Below, one piece after another: positions 30,715 through 32,000 of a DNA stretch of 32,000 bases. Position numbers and translations under genes: made by a program. Origin of the DNA: Desulfobulbus propionicus DSM 2032 (GTDB lineage Bacteria; Desulfobacterota; Desulfobulbia; Desulfobulbales; Desulfobulbaceae); contig NC_014972.1 of assembly GCF_000186885.1 (NCBI RefSeq), positions 1,650,001 through 1,682,000 of the forward strand, written 5' to 3'. The notes under the pieces are model-generated. The model did no database searches. It was not told the DNA's origin and was given only the letters and a program-made list of their open reading frames with translations. Positions within the stretch are counted from its first letter, which is position 1, and each line of letters starts with the position of its first letter.

Positions 30715-32000
30715 ATGTTTTTTAAAAAACGGATTGAACCTGCCGAAGAGACCTCTCGGCATCAGACAGCCCCTTCCTCTCCTTCGCCGCTGGATCTGCT
30801 GCGCGGCAGGATCAGGGAGGCGCACCTCCCCCATCTGGTCATGGAAGCGGTGACCGGCGAGTTGGAAAAGCTGGAAAAGACGGAACCGGCGGTGGCGGAA
30901 TATTCGGTGGGGTTCAACTACATCGAACTGGTGCTCAGTCTGCCGTGGAATGTCTCGTCACAGTGCACCTTCGATCTGGAGCGGGCGCAGCGTGTTCTCG
31001 ATACCCGCCATTACGGCCTGGCCCAGGTCAAACAACGCATTCTCGAGTTCTTGGCGGCCAAAACCCTGTGCAGCAAGGCACGGCAGTCCATCTTGATTGT
31101 CGATGACGAGGAAATCGCCCGCGCCAACATGGAGCATGTGCTCAAGAAGGAAGGCTATGCGTGCCATTGCGCCAGCCACGGTGCCGAGGCCCTGGAGATC
31201 ATGGCGCGCGAGGATATCGACTTGATCATCACCGATCTGAAGATGGAGCGGATGGATGGCATCGAGCTGCTGCAGCATGTCAACCGGACCTCGCCCGAGA
31301 TCCCGGTGATCATGGTCACTGGGTTCGCCACGGTCAGTTCGGCGGTGGACGCCCTGAAAAAGGGCGCGGCCCACTATCTGGGCAAGCCGGTCAACCTTGA
31401 TGAGTTGCGCAAGACGGTCAAGGAGGTGCTGGAGAAGAAATTGTTCGTGCAGATGGGCAAGGGACCGATCCTCTGCTTCACCGGCCCTCCGGGCACAGGC
31501 AAGACCTCGGTGGGCAAGGCGATCGCCGAGGCGTTGCAGCGCCAGTTCATCCGCATTTCCCTAGCCGGCCTGCGCGACGAGGCGGAACTGCGCGGCCACC
31601 GGCGGACCTATGTCGGCGCCCTGCCCGGACGGGTGATCACCGAGCTGAAGCGGGCCGGGGTCAACAATCCGGTGCTGATGCTCGATGAAATCGACAAAAT
31701 CGGCCAGGATTTCCGTGGCGATCCCGCCTCGGTCCTCCTTGAGGTGCTCGATCCGGAACAGAACACCCATTTCACCGACCATTATCTCGAACTGCCCTTT
31801 GATTTGTCGCGGGTCATGTTCATCGCCACGGCCAACGATGTGTCCACTCTGCCCCGGCCGCTGCTCGATCGCATGGAGTGCATCGAATTCTCGGGCTACA
31901 CGGAAAAGGAAAAACTGCATATCGCGCAACAGTTCATCCTCCCCCGTCAACTCAAGCTCGCCGGGCTGTCCAAATTCTCTGTCGCTTTCACGTCCGAGGC
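30715..32000 (+). CDS. Atypical Lon-type AAA+ protease (3' end beyond window): no LON N-terminal domain, and a receiver (REC) domain inserted immediately upstream of Walker A
   Basis: My own translation of frame 1; the ORF is not in the supplied track because no stop occurs before the window end. It reads MFFKKRIEP...EYSVGFNYIELVLSLPWNVSSQCTFDLERAQRVLDTRHYGLAQVKQRILEFLAAK. REC: SILIVDDEE...DLIITDLKMERMDG...VIMVTGF...HYLGKPV. Then GPILCFTGPPGTGKTS, HRRTYVGALPGRVI, VLMLDEIDKIG, VMFIATAN and LLDRMECIEFSGYTEKEK. Confidence 0.9.
   Translation, partial: MFFKKRIEPAEETSRHQTAPSSPSPLDLLRGRIREAHLPHLVMEAVTGELEKLEKTEPAVAEYSVGFNYIELVLSLPWNVSSQCTFDLERAQRVLDTRHYGLAQVKQRILEFLAAKTLCSKARQSILIVDDEEIARANMEHVLKKEGYACHCASHGAEALEIMAREDIDLIITDLKMERMDGIELLQHVNRTSPEIPVIMVTGFATVSSAVDALKKGAAHYLGKPVNLDELRKTVKEVLEKKLFVQMGKGPILCFTGPPGTGKTSVGKAIAEALQRQFIRISLAGLRDEAELRGHRRTYVGALPGRVITELKRAGVNNPVLMLDEIDKIGQDFRGDPASVLLEVLDPEQNTHFTDHYLELPFDLSRVMFIATANDVSTLPRPLLDRMECIEFSGYTEKEKLHIAQQFILPRQLKLAGLSKFSVAFTSE

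Noticed and set aside
30958-31950. Minus-strand ORFs 30958-31374, 31374-31556 and 31561-31950
   Set aside because: Shadows of the plus-strand REC-Lon ORF. That ORF is missing from the track only because it lacks a stop within the window.

Overview
High-GC (about 60% by eye) bacterial chromosomal segment. The gene content (hcp, flavodiiron protein, hemerythrin, LUD and lactate-permease genes, DUF1566, TauE, -24/-12 type promoter candidates) suggests an anaerobic Desulfobacterota/deltaproteobacterium-like host; this is inference only. Left end (1-4134): the 3' end of an RHS-type polymorphic toxin with an AT-rich toxin tip and a membrane-anchored immunity candidate. It is followed by a degraded duplicate of the same gene and an IS4-family element (perfect 18-bp IRs, 7-bp TSD, frameshifted transposase) inserted exactly on the start codon of a NifX/NifB-like gene. 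Middle: NlpC/P60 peptidase, GNAT, lactate-permease-family transporter and Tex. Then comes a long minus-strand redox/nitrosative-stress cluster (CBS-HPP, then hcp-ferredoxin-PAS-flavodiiron-DUF488-hemerythrin-DUF1566-LUD) with a perfect 18-bp FNR/CRP-geometry palindrome upstream of CBS-HPP. Right: periplasmic proteins, an LbtU-like porin divergent from a DtxR-family regulator, alpha/beta hydrolase, dCMP deaminase, DEAD-box helicase, DUF202, a lower-GC islet of small ORFs and a Usp-TauE-Usp operon. The most unusual item is at the right edge: an ORF absent from the supplied track because it runs off the window. It encodes a Lon-type AAA+ protease that lacks the LON N-terminal domain and carries a complete receiver (REC) domain inserted just before Walker A. 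It is preceded by a 490-bp intergenic region with two divergent sigma-54-like elements and two palindromes. No tRNA, rRNA or CRISPR array was seen by eye. Many long ORFs in the track are antisense shadows typical of high-GC DNA.
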